Source of the DNA: an uncultured delta proteobacterium
GTDB lineage: Bacteria; Desulfobacterota; Desulfobacteria; Desulfobacterales; B30-G6
Assembly (NCBI GenBank): GCA_963823335.1
Contig: CAWGLD010000001.1
Coordinates: 736,001 to 800,000, forward strand
DNA length: 64,000 nucleotides
Reading direction: 5' to 3'
The notes under the pieces were generated by a model, which was not told where the DNA came from, ran no database searches, and was given only the letters and a program-made list of their open reading frames with translations. A program made the translations under genes and the position numbers. Every line of letters begins with the position of its first letter. Position 1 is the first letter of the stretch. This document shows positions 1 to 11,465 of this stretch, piece by piece.

Positions 1-658
1 CATCGATGTTGACCTTGGCATCCAGGGCCACCAGGCGTTCGTCCCGGGTAATGACCAGTGGATTGATTTCCACCAGGGAGCAGTCGTAGGCAATGAACAG
101 CTTGTAGAGGTTGCTCACCAATTGCTGAAAGGGCTTGATGACCGATGCAGGCAGGTTCAGGCCAAAAGCCGCTTCCCGGCAGTGATAGGGATGAATACCC
201 ACCAGGGGATCGATACTGACCTTGATGATTTTCTCCGGGGTCTCCTCCGCAACCTTCTCGATATCCATTCCCCCGGCCTCACTGGCCATGATCACGATTT
301 TTGCAGTGGCCCGATCCGGAACCATACCCAGGTAGAGTTCTTTTTCAATGTCGAGGCCCTGTTCCACCAGTACGTTTTGAACCCGTTGCCCCCCGGGACC
401 TGTCTGGTGGGTCACCAGGTTCATGCCGATCATATCGCCCGCCAGAGATGCAACCGCTTCTTTGGAAGGCGCCAGCTTGACGCCGCCACCCTTACCCCTT
501 CCGCCGGCATGAATCTGGGCCTTGACGACCACCGGATATGCTCCCAGGGTCTCCGCCACCTGGACAGCATCTGCCGCATCTGCCGCAATACCGCCTTCCG
601 GAACCGGAATACCCGCCTGACTGAAAAGTGCTTTTGCCTGATATTCATGAATTTTCAT
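1..658 (-). CDS. sucC: Succinyl-CoA synthetase beta subunit (5' part; runs off window start)
   Basis: Manual translation from ATG at 658: MKIHEYQAKALF...VVKAQIHAGGRGKGGGVKLA, the SucC N-terminal signature; absent from the ORF track because it is truncated. Confidence 0.95.
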   Translation of the reverse strand, partial: MKIHEYQAKALFSQAGIPVPEGGIAADAADAVQVAETLGAYPVVVKAQIHAGGRGKGGGVKLAPSKEAVASLAGDMIGMNLVTHQTGPGGQRVQNVLVEQGLDIEKELYLGMVPDRATAKIVIMASEAGGMDIEKVAEETPEKIIKVSIDPLVGIHPYHCREAAFGLNLPASVIKPFQQLVSNLYKLFIAYDCSLVEINPLVITRDERLVALDAKVNID

Positions 659-663
659 GGTGC

Positions 664-2676
664 TTATCCAATCACCAGCAGAACATCGTTTTTGGCTACC
701 GAATCACCGCTGGCATAATTAATGGCCTTGATGGCGCCGCTCACAGGTGCCGGAAGTGCATTTTCCATCTTCATCGCCTCAAGAACCACCACTGTTTCAC
801 CCTCATTGACGCTGTCACCGACCTTCTTCAGATAGTTCACGATCATGCCGGGCATCGGCGATTTCAGCGCTGTACCCTCTACTGCCACGGGTGCCGGCTC
901 AGGAGCCTTTTCCACTGCCGCTGCCGGCGCTGCCGGTTTGGGTGCGGCCGGTTTTGCCGCACCCGGCGCCATGGACTGCATATACGCGCCTGGCATCTGC
1001 GCCGGCATCTGCTGGATATAATTGATAACCGGAGATTCGCCTAACGCGTCAACACCCACCTCAAAATACTCGTCATCCACGAAAACATTGAATTTCCGCA
1101 GGTCATCGCTTTTTTCAGGTGCCGGTTTGGATGGTTTCTCGAATAGCAGGCCCTGCTTGGCTTTTTTAACCAGTTCTTCTTCGGCCTTGGCCTGCGCGAG
1201 GGTCCTGGGTTTGACATCCTCGGGCGGCTCTTCCTTGCCATATTTCCATTTCAGGAATTTTTTCCCGGTCACCGGATAGAGCGCATAAATGATCTCATCA
1301 TCAAGATCAACGGCCAGACCTTTGACATCTTCTTTTGCCTGGGGAAGTTCCGGTGGCAGCACCTCGGCCGGCCGGCAGGTAATGGGTGATTCGCCCCTTG
1401 AATACCCTTTCAACGCCTTTTTCTGGACTTCGGCATTGATGGGCACGGCTGTTTTTCCATAGAGCCCGTAGCAGAGGTCTTTGACCTGGTCGGTAATCAT
1501 TTTGTATCGTTCGTTTTTATCATCGAATAGAACATTGTTCACCGTCTGGATACCGACAATCTGGCTGGTGGGAGTCACGAGGGGTATCTGCCCCAGGTCT
1601 TTGCGGACGCGTGGCAGTTCCTTGTACACCTCATCGATTCGATCCAGGGCATCCATCTGTCGCAACTGATTGACCAGATTGGACAGCATCCCGCCCGGAG
1701 TCTGGTGCAGCAGGACATTGATGTCGGTGATCGCCACCTTGGAATCGTCCAGGAGGTGCTTGTATTTGGGCAGAATCTCTTTTTCCAGGATTTCGTTTAT
1801 ACCGGCCAGCTGTTTGATGTCAAATCCCGTGTCCCGGCTCGTACCTATCAGGGTCATGACCAGTGGCTCGATGGCGGCATGCGATGTGCGGTAGGCGTAT
1901 GGGGCCATACAGGTGTCGATGATGTCTACACCGGCTTCGATGGCCTTCAAGTGACTCATGGAGGACATGCCGGATGTAAAATGGCTGTGCAGATGAATGG
2001 GGGGCTTGACCGATGCTTTGAGAGCCTTGACGATCTCATAGGCGTCATAGGGGGCGATCAGGCCGGCCATGTCTTTGATACAGATGCTGTCGGCTCCCAT
2101 TGCCTCCAGGTCTTTGGCCTTTTGAACATAGTAGTCGAGGTTGTATACGTCACCACCCATACGGGGCTCCGTCATGGTGTAGCAGATACACCCTTGAAAA
2201 TGCTTACCGCATTCCTTTATTACGGGAACGACGGTTTCAAAATTGCGGTAATCGTTCAGGGCATCGAAGGTCCTGAAGATATCCATACCGTTTGCAGCGC
2301 TCCTCTCCACAAAAGCCCGGGCCAGATCATCCGCATAATTCCGGTATCCCACCAGATTCTGAGCACGCAGCAGCATGGAAAACGGTGTTTTCTTCATGTA
2401 GCGTTTCAGGGTGCGGATTCTTTCCCAGGGGTCCTCATTCAAAAACCGATGCATGGTGTCAAAGGTTGCCCCGCCCCAGGTTTCAACAGCCCAGAATCCT
2501 ACTTCGTCCATCATCTCGGCCACCGGGATCATGTCTTCGGTCCTTCCGCGGGTGGCAAAAAGGGATTGATGACCGTCGCGTAGCGTCAGGTCCTCTATCT
2601 TGACAGGATTTTCTGCCGCCGGCCTGTCTTTGTTGTAATCCATCGTTGTCATCTTGACTTGATTGTGATCGGTCAT
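664..2676 (-). CDS. Pyruvate carboxylase subunit B / transcarboxylase 5S subunit fused to a biotin carrier
   Basis: LRDGHQSL, WGGATFD and IKDMAG motifs; Ala/Pro linker; C-terminal EAMKM biotinylation motif. Confidence 0.92.
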   Translation of the reverse strand: MTDHNQVKMTTMDYNKDRPAAENPVKIEDLTLRDGHQSLFATRGRTEDMIPVAEMMDEVGFWAVETWGGATFDTMHRFLNEDPWERIRTLKRYMKKTPFSMLLRAQNLVGYRNYADDLARAFVERSAANGMDIFRTFDALNDYRNFETVVPVIKECGKHFQGCICYTMTEPRMGGDVYNLDYYVQKAKDLEAMGADSICIKDMAGLIAPYDAYEIVKALKASVKPPIHLHSHFTSGMSSMSHLKAIEAGVDIIDTCMAPYAYRTSHAAIEPLVMTLIGTSRDTGFDIKQLAGINEILEKEILPKYKHLLDDSKVAITDINVLLHQTPGGMLSNLVNQLRQMDALDRIDEVYKELPRVRKDLGQIPLVTPTSQIVGIQTVNNVLFDDKNERYKMITDQVKDLCYGLYGKTAVPINAEVQKKALKGYSRGESPITCRPAEVLPPELPQAKEDVKGLAVDLDDEIIYALYPVTGKKFLKWKYGKEEPPEDVKPRTLAQAKAEEELVKKAKQGLLFEKPSKPAPEKSDDLRKFNVFVDDEYFEVGVDALGESPVINYIQQMPAQMPGAYMQSMAPGAAKPAAPKPAAPAAAVEKAPEPAPVAVEGTALKSPMPGMIVNYLKKVGDSVNEGETVVVLEAMKMENALPAPVSGAIKAINYASGDSVAKNDVLLVIG

Positions 2677-2747
2677 TTTACACGTTCTCCTCTCAAGAGA
2701 AAATCACCTGAAGTGATTTTATGTGATGCGGCTCGGCCGCTTTTGTA

Positions 2748-2975
2748 TTATCGAATCTTGACACCATGAAACGCTTTGAGCTGCATCATGCTACGCAGTT
2801 GCATCTGTGTCTGGCGCCCGCTCAATCCCCACATACTCACCTGTGGATACGCCGCAGCCTGAGGCCCCCGGGCACCTGCCTGGGCCTGCATGACCATGGC
2901 GCCGGCAATCTCTTCTTCCTCTTTGATATAGGCAAGCACAGCCGATGCCGCCGCGATTTTCTTTTTATTCTTCAT
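2748..2975 (-). CDS. Small protein, possible accessory subunit of the carboxyltransferase complex
   Basis: 75 aa with IAAASAVLAYI...W..SGR pattern reminiscent of acyl-CoA carboxylase epsilon-type subunits; RBS GAGGAA; lies between two carboxyltransferase genes. Confidence 0.6.
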   Translation of the reverse strand: MKNKKKIAAASAVLAYIKEEEEIAGAMVMQAQAGARGPQAAAYPQVSMWGLSGRQTQMQLRSMMQLKAFHGVKIR

Positions 2976-3036
2976 TGTTCCTCATCTTTCTTGAGCGGCA
3001 ACGCCGCGACACATAAATTTGTCCGCTAGGTCAAAC

Positions 3037-4590
3037 TTATACGGGTATGTTCCCGTGTTTCTTGGGCGGTCTGAGTTCTCGCTTGTTGCACATGATTTCG
3101 AGTGCTTCGATCAAGCGGGGTCTTGTTTCACTGGGAACGATAACTGCATCGATAAAGCCCCTGTTGGCGGCGCGATATGGATTTGAAAAAAGCGCTTCAT
3201 AGGCCGCGATCTTCTCTTCACGCTTTGCTTTTGGATTGTCAGATTGCTGGATCTCCTTGCGATGAATGATATTGGCCGCACCGGCAGCCCCCATCACCGC
3301 AATTTCCGCCGTCGGCCAGGCAAAGGCCATGTCGGCACCTAAATCTTTGGAACACATGGCCAGGTATGACCCGCCGTAATCTTTGCGTGTCACCAGCAGC
3401 AGTTTGGGCACCGTCGCCTCTGAGTAACACCAGAGAAGCTTGGCACCGTGACGGATAATCCCTCCCCACTCCTGATGACTGCCGGGCAGGTAGCCCGGTA
3501 CATCGGCGATGGTCAGCATGGGGATATTGAAAGCATCACAGAACCGAATAAACCGCGTGGCCTTGTCCGAAGCATTGATGTCCAGGCAACCTGCCAGTTC
3601 GCGTGGCTGATTGGCGATGATCCCGATGCTTCTGTTGTTGAGCCGGGCAAAACCCACGATAATATTCTTTGCAAAATACTGGTGGGGTTCAAAAAACTCG
3701 CCCTTGTCGACGATGGAGCGGATAACCGCTTTCATGTCGTAGGACTTGCTGGGGCTGTCCGGAATAATGGTATCAAGCTCCCGGTCTTTCCGGGAAGGAT
3801 CGTCACCCATATTTACCTGAGGCGCATCCTCCATGTTGTTGGAAGGCAGATAAGACAGAAGTTTCTTGATTTCACCAATGGCATCTTCATCGCTGTCACA
3901 GGCAAACTGGGCCACGCCACTTTTTGCGTTATGGGTCATGGCACCACCCAGATCCTCGAAGGTGATTTCTTCTCCGGTCACCGACTTGATCACTTCCGGA
4001 CCGGTGATGAACATATACCCGCTGTTTTTGACCATGAAAATCCAATCCGTCATGGCAGGAGAATAGACGGCTCCGCCGGCGGTGGGCCCCATAATGGCTG
4101 AAATCTGGGGGATGACACCGGAGGCCAGGGAGTTTCGGTAAAAGATCTGGCCGTAGCCGGAAAGGGCATCCACACCCTCCTGAATCCTGGCACCGCCAGA
4201 GTCATTGAGCCCCACAAAGGGTACACCGGCTTTGAGCGCCAGGTCCATGACCTTGCAGATTTTTTTGGCGTGCATCTCTCCGAGGCTGCCGGCCCGGGCA
4301 GTAAAGTCCTGTGAAAACGCAAAAACAGGGCGCCCATCCACCAGGCCATGTCCTGTGATAACACCGTCGGAAGGTATCTCCACCTCCGGCATACCGAAAT
4401 TGACACATCGATGGGTGACGAACATGTCGATTTCACGGAATGTTCCCGGGTCAAACAACAGGTCAAGCCGTTTCCTTGCCGTCAACTTGCCCTTTTCCTG
4501 TTGCTTGGCCACAGCTTTCTGGCCGCCCATTTCCAGGATCCTTGTTTCCCGCGCCTTGAGATCCTTTATTTTATCTTCAACGGTACCCAT
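3037..4590 (-). CDS. pccB: Methylmalonyl-CoA/propionyl-CoA carboxyltransferase subunit (12S/PccB/MmdA family)
   Basis: DSGGARIQEG, GGIIRHGAK and KKHGNIP motifs; 517 aa. Confidence 0.92.
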   Translation of the reverse strand: MGTVEDKIKDLKARETRILEMGGQKAVAKQQEKGKLTARKRLDLLFDPGTFREIDMFVTHRCVNFGMPEVEIPSDGVITGHGLVDGRPVFAFSQDFTARAGSLGEMHAKKICKVMDLALKAGVPFVGLNDSGGARIQEGVDALSGYGQIFYRNSLASGVIPQISAIMGPTAGGAVYSPAMTDWIFMVKNSGYMFITGPEVIKSVTGEEITFEDLGGAMTHNAKSGVAQFACDSDEDAIGEIKKLLSYLPSNNMEDAPQVNMGDDPSRKDRELDTIIPDSPSKSYDMKAVIRSIVDKGEFFEPHQYFAKNIIVGFARLNNRSIGIIANQPRELAGCLDINASDKATRFIRFCDAFNIPMLTIADVPGYLPGSHQEWGGIIRHGAKLLWCYSEATVPKLLLVTRKDYGGSYLAMCSKDLGADMAFAWPTAEIAVMGAAGAANIIHRKEIQQSDNPKAKREEKIAAYEALFSNPYRAANRGFIDAVIVPSETRPRLIEALEIMCNKRELRPPKKHGNIPV

Positions 4591-4785
4591 ATCTTGTTCC
4601 TTTCCTTAATAAATTCGTTGCACGAATTTATATGTCGCGACCTTGTCGCTTTAATAATAGAATTTTTAAGCCCTTGAGGCGAGTTCGCAAAGCGCCAGGG
4701 GATTATTCATTTCGCGTTTGCTGATCCCAGAAAGTTGCGTAATTAAGCTCAAATACTAAATACTCTCCTGGAAAAAGTTATCATT

Positions 4786-5838
4786 CTAAACCGTTTCTTT
4801 ATTGTCAAGCGAAAAAAGCAGTTCATCCGCCGCCGCCTTGGGGGCCATTTCGCCGGCCGCCACATGACGGGTAATTTCCCCAAGACGTGATGCGATTTCA
4901 GGATGTTTATAAAATCGCGACTTGAGACCTTCTTCCACCAGGGACCACATCCAGTCCACATCCTGCCTGCGCCGTTTACGATCCAGCTCACCGCTGTTGA
5001 CAACTATTTCCCGGTGCTCCAGAACAGCGGACCAGATTGCCTTTATACCTTCATCCTCCGGGTTCAGTGAACTGCAGGTCAATGCTCTGGGTGTCCAGGC
5101 AGGTGAGGCCGGCATCAGATAATGTAAGGCGGCTTCAATCTGTTTCCTGGCCATGTTCGCTTTTTCGACATTGTCACCGTCTGCTTTGTTGATGGCAATG
5201 GCATCGGCAACTTCCAGGACGCCTTTCTTGATACCCTGAAGTTCGTCCCCGGCACCGGCTATCATCAGCAGGAGAAAAAAATCGACCATAGATGCAACGG
5301 TGGTTTCAGACTGGCCCACACCCACGGTTTCGACGATCATGACATCGTAGCCGGCAGCCTCGCAAACCAGCATGGTCTCTCTGGTTTTTCTGGCCACGCC
5401 TCCTAGGGTACCCCCTGAAGGGGAAGGACGGATAAAAGCATTTTCGGTCGTGGACAATTTTTCCATACGTGTCTTGTCTGCCAGGACACTGCCACCGCTG
5501 CGCTGACTGCTTGGATCGACAGCCAGGACCGCCACCAGATGCCCCTGGTTGACCAGACAGGTCCCCAGGGTTTCGATAAACGTGCTCTTTCCGGCACCCG
5601 GGACACCGCTGATACCAAGCCGGACGGCATTTCCTGTATATGGCAGCAAGGCATTGACCACCGCCCGGGCAAGCTGCTGATGTTCATAACGGGCACTTTC
5701 GATAAGCGTAATGGTTTTGGCCAGAATCCGCTTGTCCCTCTGTCGCACGCCCCGGGTGTAATAGGATGGGTCCTTGAGACCGCTATTATCATTGCTTTTT
5801 AGCATACTGCCGTGCTTTATCTTTCTATAAAATAACAT
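4786..5838 (-). CDS. meaB: Methylmalonyl-CoA mutase-associated GTPase MeaB (true start may be 5805)
   Basis: GVPGAGKST P-loop, VDPSS, ETVGVGQSE, NKAD; adjacent to the mutase. Confidence 0.95.
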   Translation of the reverse strand: MLFYRKIKHGSMLKSNDNSGLKDPSYYTRGVRQRDKRILAKTITLIESARYEHQQLARAVVNALLPYTGNAVRLGISGVPGAGKSTFIETLGTCLVNQGHLVAVLAVDPSSQRSGGSVLADKTRMEKLSTTENAFIRPSPSGGTLGGVARKTRETMLVCEAAGYDVMIVETVGVGQSETTVASMVDFFLLLMIAGAGDELQGIKKGVLEVADAIAINKADGDNVEKANMARKQIEAALHYLMPASPAWTPRALTCSSLNPEDEGIKAIWSAVLEHREIVVNSGELDRKRRRQDVDWMWSLVEEGLKSRFYKHPEIASRLGEITRHVAAGEMAPKAAADELLFSLDNKETV

Positions 5839-5956
5839 CCATCACGAAAACACGAAACCTTGAAAACACGAAAAATTTATAGTCTTTTTCGTGTTTTCGT
5901 CCTTTCGTGTTTTCGTGATAAAAAAATTTACTTTTTCCCTATGAATTCGGGTGATG

Positions 5957-8080
5957 TCATTTTTCAAGTACATTCAATATCTTGTTGGCCGACTCCGTTA
6001 CCACCGTTCCAGGGCCGAAAATCCCTACGGCACCGGCATCATAGAGGAAATCGTAATCACCCGGGGGTATCACACCCCCCACCACCACGCGGATGTCCTG
6101 GCCCCCTTTTTTCTTGAGCTCTGATATGAGCTGGGGCACCAGGGTCTTGTGCCCGGCCGCCAGACTGGAAACACCCACCACATGGACATCGTTTTCCACG
6201 GCCATCTTTGCCGCCTCTTGGGGTGTTTGAAACATGGGACTGATGTCCACGTCGAACCCCAGGTCGGCAAAGGCCGTGGCGATGACCTTGATACCCCTGT
6301 CATGACCATCCTGTCCCATTTTTGTCACCAGAATTCTGGGACGTCGGCCTTCCCGTTCCATGAAATCATCGGTCCGTTTCCTGACGGATGCAAAGATTTC
6401 ACTGTCACCGTACTCCGATGCATAGACCCCGGAGATACACTGGGTGGTTGCAACAAACCGGCCGAAAACAGATTCCATGGCATCGGATATTTCACCCACC
6501 GTTGCACGCGCCCGAACAGCGGAAATACAGGCTTCCAGAAGATTCCCATCTGCTTCGGCCGCACCCTTGATATGGGCAAGCGCCTGCTGGACGGCTTTGT
6601 TGTCTCTGGCGTTCTTGATCTGTTTCAGTCTTTGAATCTGCTCGTCACGAACCGACTCCGAAACCGCCAGAACTTCGTCAAGGGGCTCTTCCTCGATCCG
6701 ATGTTTGTTTACCCCCACGATAACATCCAGACCCTGATCGATGCGCGCCTGCTTGCGCGCGGCGGATTCTTCGATACGCATTTTCGGCATACCGGTCTCG
6801 ATGGCTTTGGCCATCCCTCCCAGCGCCTCCACCTCCTGGATGATTTTGCGCGCCTCTTCGATGATACCACCCGTGAGGGCTTCGATATAATAGGAACCGC
6901 CAAGGGGGTCCACCACATGACAGACCTGGGATTCTTCCTGGATGATAATCTGGGTGTTTCTTGATATTCTGGCCGAAAAATCGGTGGGTAAGCCAACCGC
7001 CTCATCAAATGAGTTGGTATGCAGGGACTGGGTGCCACCCAGCACTGCGGCCAGGGCTTCCAGTGTGGTCCGGATAATATTGTTGTAAGGGTCCTGTTCG
7101 GTCAGACTCCATCCGGATGTCTGCACGTGGGTGCGCAGCATGGATGATTTCGGGTTTTTGGGATTGAAGGTGCTGATAAGTTCGTGCCACAGAAACCGGG
7201 CCGCCCGCAGCATGGCGATCTCCATAAAAAAGTTCATACCCACCCCAAAGAAAAAGGAGAGCCGCGGTGCAAAGGTATCGATATCGAGACCGGCAGCCAG
7301 GGCGGCTTTGACATATTCCAGGCCGTCCGCCAGGGTAAAAGCCGTCTGGAGAACCGAATTGGCACCGGCTTCCATCATGTGGTAACCGCTGATACTGACC
7401 GTGTTGTACTTGGGCATGTGCTGGGAGCAATAGCCGATGATATCGGATACGATCCGCATGGAGGGCTTGGGCGGATAGATGTAGGTGTTGCGGGTCAGGT
7501 ATTCCTTTAAAATATCATTCTGGATCGTACCGGCCAGCTGTTCCTGCTTTATGCCCTGTTCTTCCGCCGCAACGATGTATCCCGCCAGGATGGGCAGGAC
7601 AGCACCGTTCATGGTCATGGACACCGTCATCTGATCCAGGGGTATCTGGTCGAAGAGGACCTTCATATCCTCGACCGAATCGATGGCCACGCCGGCCTTC
7701 CCCACATCACCCACAACCCTCGGGTGATCGGAATCGTAGCCCCGGTGGGTTGCCAGGTCAAAGGCAACGGAAAGTCCTTTTTGACCGGCAGCGATGTTCC
7801 GCCGGTAAAACGCATTGGAGTCCTTGGCCGTCGAAAACCCCGCGTATTGTCGTATGGTCCATGGCCGCCCCGCATACATGGTTGCCATGGGGCCCCGGAC
7901 ATAGGGTGCAAACCCGGGCAGGTTGTTGACATGCGCCAGGTCTTCCAGGTCCTCGGCCGTATACAGGGGCTTGACCCGAATGCCCTCCGGCGTATCCCAG
8001 TTGAGATCGTCGACTGATTTGCCCCTCAGCTGCTTGGCTGCCAGTTCTTCCCATTGTTTCATATTCGGTTTTTCCGACAT
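5957..8080 (-). CDS. scpA: Methylmalonyl-CoA mutase
   Basis: [26 protein letters not shown] and GQDGHDRG B12-binding motif. Confidence 0.97.
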   Translation of the reverse strand: MSEKPNMKQWEELAAKQLRGKSVDDLNWDTPEGIRVKPLYTAEDLEDLAHVNNLPGFAPYVRGPMATMYAGRPWTIRQYAGFSTAKDSNAFYRRNIAAGQKGLSVAFDLATHRGYDSDHPRVVGDVGKAGVAIDSVEDMKVLFDQIPLDQMTVSMTMNGAVLPILAGYIVAAEEQGIKQEQLAGTIQNDILKEYLTRNTYIYPPKPSMRIVSDIIGYCSQHMPKYNTVSISGYHMMEAGANSVLQTAFTLADGLEYVKAALAAGLDIDTFAPRLSFFFGVGMNFFMEIAMLRAARFLWHELISTFNPKNPKSSMLRTHVQTSGWSLTEQDPYNNIIRTTLEALAAVLGGTQSLHTNSFDEAVGLPTDFSARISRNTQIIIQEESQVCHVVDPLGGSYYIEALTGGIIEEARKIIQEVEALGGMAKAIETGMPKMRIEESAARKQARIDQGLDVIVGVNKHRIEEEPLDEVLAVSESVRDEQIQRLKQIKNARDNKAVQQALAHIKGAAEADGNLLEACISAVRARATVGEISDAMESVFGRFVATTQCISGVYASEYGDSEIFASVRKRTDDFMEREGRRPRILVTKMGQDGHDRGIKVIATAFADLGFDVDISPMFQTPQEAAKMAVENDVHVVGVSSLAAGHKTLVPQLISELKKKGGQDIRVVVGGVIPPGDYDFLYDAGAVGIFGPGTVVTESANKILNVLEK

Positions 8081-8216
8081 TCTGTCTCCCTCCAGTAATA
8101 AAATCGTTACACGATTTTATGAAACGCGACATGATCGCTATTGAAAAGGCGTAAAACCGCAAGCCGCTCAAAGCTTACAGCCCACCCTCCAAACCTGCTC
8201 TACCACCCCTCCAACC

Positions 8217-8621
8217 CTATGATCTTTCACATAACTCCACCAGCACACCATGGGTGGCTTTGGGATGCAGAAAAGCAATTTTGGCACCGCCTGCCCCTAT
8301 CCGGGGTGTTTCATCGATGAGGCGAACCCCCTTTTCCTTCAGCTCCGCCAGGGCTTCTTCGATATTGTCCACCCGAAATGCAACGTGCTGGATCCCTTCA
8401 CCCCTTTTTTCAATGTATTTGGCCACCGGTCCGTCCGGCGCCGTGGATTCCAGAAGCTCCACCTCGCTTTCGCTGACAGGGAAAAAGGCTGTGGTCACTT
8501 TCTGCTCGGTCACGGTTTCAGACCCCTCAAACGGCAGGCCTAAAATGTCCTTCCAGAATTTTTTACCCTGTTCGATACTGTTTACAGCGATGCCGAGATG
8601 GTCGATCTTTAAAATTTTCAT
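8217..8621 (-). CDS. mce: Methylmalonyl-CoA epimerase
   Basis: [20 protein letters not shown]...GVLVELCE; operon context. Confidence 0.95.
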   Translation of the reverse strand: MKILKIDHLGIAVNSIEQGKKFWKDILGLPFEGSETVTEQKVTTAFFPVSESEVELLESTAPDGPVAKYIEKRGEGIQHVAFRVDNIEEALAELKEKGVRLIDETPRIGAGGAKIAFLHPKATHGVLVELCERS

Positions 8622-8706
8622 TACGCATGCTCCTATCTTCTATTATCTATCATACATTCTTTGTTCGATGCCCTTATTGTCTCCATCAATCTTTTATGAA
8701 AATTTT

Positions 8707-9412
8707 GTCATTTGCTCCTGTGGAGCGATATTAGCTCCTGGCGGAGCGTCATTAGACTTCGTCGTCATTCATTCCTTCGGAATGTCATTAGCTTCTTCGA
8801 AGCGATATTTCGCTGCGCTGTAATTTGCTCCTTCGGAGCGTTATTTATTGTTTTTTGACAACCGATTGATTGAGCTAATGTAATTATTCAGTTTTACACC
8901 AAGCATGTCTATATCTCTCAACAGACTTTGGAAATCGGTGTCGTTGATTAATTTTCGTTTGTTACCCTTTTGTCAACCAGGTTCTTGGTCTCGAACAAAG
9001 ATCCTCTGGCAAAGTAGCTGAATTGTCTTGTTTCCTTGAAATGAAATCTGCCGAATCCTTCACTGATATTGGCTGCAATACGGAATCAGCAGCTCTTATT
9101 AACTGCTTGCCGATCGTACGCTTTTGAAAAATAATCCCATTCTTCAACAAGCCCCCATATATTTTCGCCCAATTTCCATGGACAGTTGATATATTTCCAG
9201 ATCCTCAAGTTTCAAAAAATCTCCCGTTACCGATTTAACCCACAATGAATGATCGACGAAGTCAAATATCGCTCCGCAGGAGCTAATTACTATCAATTAC
9301 AGCGAAGTTAAATATCGCTCCGCAGGAGCTAATTACCACAAATTACAGCGAAGCTAAATGACACGCCGTTAGGCGTTAATGTCGCTCCGAAGGAGCTAAT
9401 GACAATGAATGA
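8707..9412. mobile_element. Four-helix-bundle cassette with inverted flanks of short repeats and GCTCCGNAGGAGC hairpins
   Basis: Left flank ~8707-8840 and right flank ~9245-9412 carry the same motifs in opposite orientation. Confidence 0.55.
8841..9230 (-). pseudogene. Four helix bundle (23S rRNA IVP-like) protein, several frameshifts
   Basis: Fragments in different frames: KLEDLEIYQLSM, TIGKQLIRAADS, ANISEGFGRF, ARGSLFETK, LGVKLNNYI. Confidence 0.8.
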
Positions 9413-9477
9413 CCTTGATTTTCAATGTCCCTTCGTTGGGCCTAAGTATCATCAATTTCAATGAGGCTGTTGATATC

Positions 9478-10653
9478 CTATCGATATCCGTCCATCACCC
9501 GCTTAAAGCCCGGCATGGCCTTGACGATGGTGTCATCCGCCACGCAGAAGGCGATTCGGAAATGACCAGGCCCCATAAAGCCGCTACCTGGGACAACCAG
9601 GATCAGCTCCTCCTGCAGAGCTCTCACGAAGGCCACATCATCGGGGATGGGTGCTTTGGGAAAAAGATAAAATGCGCCGGGAGGTGTGATAAAATCATAG
9701 CCGCATTCCCGCAGGCCATCACACAACAGGTCCCGTTTACGCTTGTACAGGGACACATCCACACTCATCCCCTGCATTTCCGCCACCACCCGCTGCATCA
9801 GTGCCGGAGCGTTGACAAACCCGATAATGCGATTGGTCAGGGCCATGGCATTCATCAGGTCAGCTCTGTAGTCAGCCTGGGGATTGATTATGGTAAAGCC
9901 GATCCGTTCGCCGGGGATGGAGATGTCTTTTGAATAGGATGTTGCCATAATGCTGTTGCTGTAGCTGTCAAATATACAGGGTACGTGGGCATCATCGTAG
10001 ATTATTTTTCGATACGGCTCGTCCGCCACCAGGTAAATCGTTCTCTTAAACTGTGCGCTCTTTTCCTTCAAGAGCAGACCCAGGGCATCCAGACTGTCCT
10101 TGGAATAGACCTGCCCGGTGGGGTTGTTGGGTGAATTGATCAGAACAACTTTGGTCTTTTCGGTGACAGCGGTTGTCATGGCCTCCAGGTCCAGTGAAAA
10201 ATCGTCGCGGGTGGGCACGGTTTTAAAGACACCACCGTGGTTGTCGGTATAAAAATGGTATTCCACGAAACAGGGCTTTGGAGAAAGAACTTCATCACCC
10301 GGATCCAGTACTGCCTTGAGGATGATGTTCAAGGCACCGGCAGCACCGCAGGTCATGACCACATCATTTGCCGTAACGGAAACTCCCTGATCCCGCGAGA
10401 TATATTCAGCGATCTTTTCTCTGACATGGGGATAGCCTGCCTGGGGCATGTACCCATGCCCGCCGGTTTCCTTTACAATGTTTCTGAGGATCTGATCGAA
10501 TTTTTCCGGGGGTTCCAGGTTTGGATTTCCCAGACTGAAATCAAACACTTTTTCAGCTCCGTGTTCCGCTTTGAGGCGGGCGCCCTCCTCAAACATTTTT
10601 CGAATCCAGGATGACCTGGTCATAAACGCTTCGATTTTTTTGGAAATGGTCAT
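9478..10653 (-). CDS. PLP-dependent aminotransferase class I/II (aspartate aminotransferase-like)
   Basis: INSPNNPTG, DEPY and SYSKDISIPGERIG motifs. Confidence 0.93.
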   Translation of the reverse strand: MTISKKIEAFMTRSSWIRKMFEEGARLKAEHGAEKVFDFSLGNPNLEPPEKFDQILRNIVKETGGHGYMPQAGYPHVREKIAEYISRDQGVSVTANDVVMTCGAAGALNIILKAVLDPGDEVLSPKPCFVEYHFYTDNHGGVFKTVPTRDDFSLDLEAMTTAVTEKTKVVLINSPNNPTGQVYSKDSLDALGLLLKEKSAQFKRTIYLVADEPYRKIIYDDAHVPCIFDSYSNSIMATSYSKDISIPGERIGFTIINPQADYRADLMNAMALTNRIIGFVNAPALMQRVVAEMQGMSVDVSLYKRKRDLLCDGLRECGYDFITPPGAFYLFPKAPIPDDVAFVRALQEELILVVPGSGFMGPGHFRIAFCVADDTIVKAMPGFKRVMDGYR

Positions 10654-10765
10654 TTACTTTACCTCCATAAATTCGCTGCGCGACTTTATTTGACGCGACG
10701 GTGTCGCTTATTTATTATAAATTCCGGGCCCATAAACCAAGTCAAGGTAAGACGCTAAGACTGAT

Positions 10766-10949
10766 GGATGATCCCTGAACGCCTGTGAAACTGTTTGAGT
10801 TCTTTAGTGCCTGTTATGCAGAACAGCATGATACTTATCGTATGGATTGAAATATAGCTGCTCAAACCGAAACTGTCTTTAAATTTTGGCTTTGTTCGGC
10901 ATTACAGACACTTTAGAACGAGTTTTTCACAGTCGAGCAGGGATTATCC
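10766..10949. repeat. 184-bp element with long imperfect inverted ends (MITE or structured RNA); diverged partial copy at ~16742-16880
   Basis: GGATGATCCCTGAACGCCTGTGAAA pairs with TTTCACAGTCGAGCAGGGATTATCC; reverse complement aligns with 16742-16880. Confidence 0.7.
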
Positions 10950-11005
10950 AAGCGGTCGCAATATTCCCCTTCTTTTCGTTTATAGTTCCGTAAATATTTG
11001 GACTA

Positions 11006-11239
11006 TTATGCTGGTACCACTGCCGTCACTTCCGGAATCTTATCTTTCAAAACCTTCTCGATGCCGTTTCGCAGGGTCATCTGCGACATGGGACACCCGG
11101 CACATGCACCCTGAAGCCTCACTTTGACAACCCCCCCGTCGATGCTCACCAGTTCTACATTCCCCCCATCCCTCATGAGCATGGGTCTGATCTCGTCCAG
11201 TACTTTTTCGACTTTTTCCTTCATGACAACCCCCTTCAA
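11006..11239 (-). CDS. NifU family protein (likely start 11224)
   Basis: [12 protein letters not shown]...LQGACAGCP (CxxC). Confidence 0.92.
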   Translation of the reverse strand: MKGVVMKEKVEKVLDEIRPMLMRDGGNVELVSIDGGVVKVRLQGACAGCPMSQMTLRNGIEKVLKDKIPEVTAVVPA

Positions 11240-11465
11240 TAGCTAAAGACACAAATCACAATACACAAACTCCAAATTAATGCCGCCCCTCAGTTGTGTC
11301 TCGCTCAAAATCAAAGAACAAGACCTTTTATCACGAAAACACGAAATCTCGAAATAGATCAAAAATATTTTCGTGCTTTCTAAATTTCGTGTTTTCGTGA
11401 TTGGGTATATTTTTTTCTTTTCAAAACAGAGAGACTATCTATCCAATACGATAGAATGTTATGTG

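Noticed and set aside
122-2603. Long plus-strand ORFs (122-718, 1705-2583) and similar ones such as 27520-28584, 44472-45623, 59549-60709
   Set aside because: Antisense shadows of well-supported genes, with no recognisable motifs
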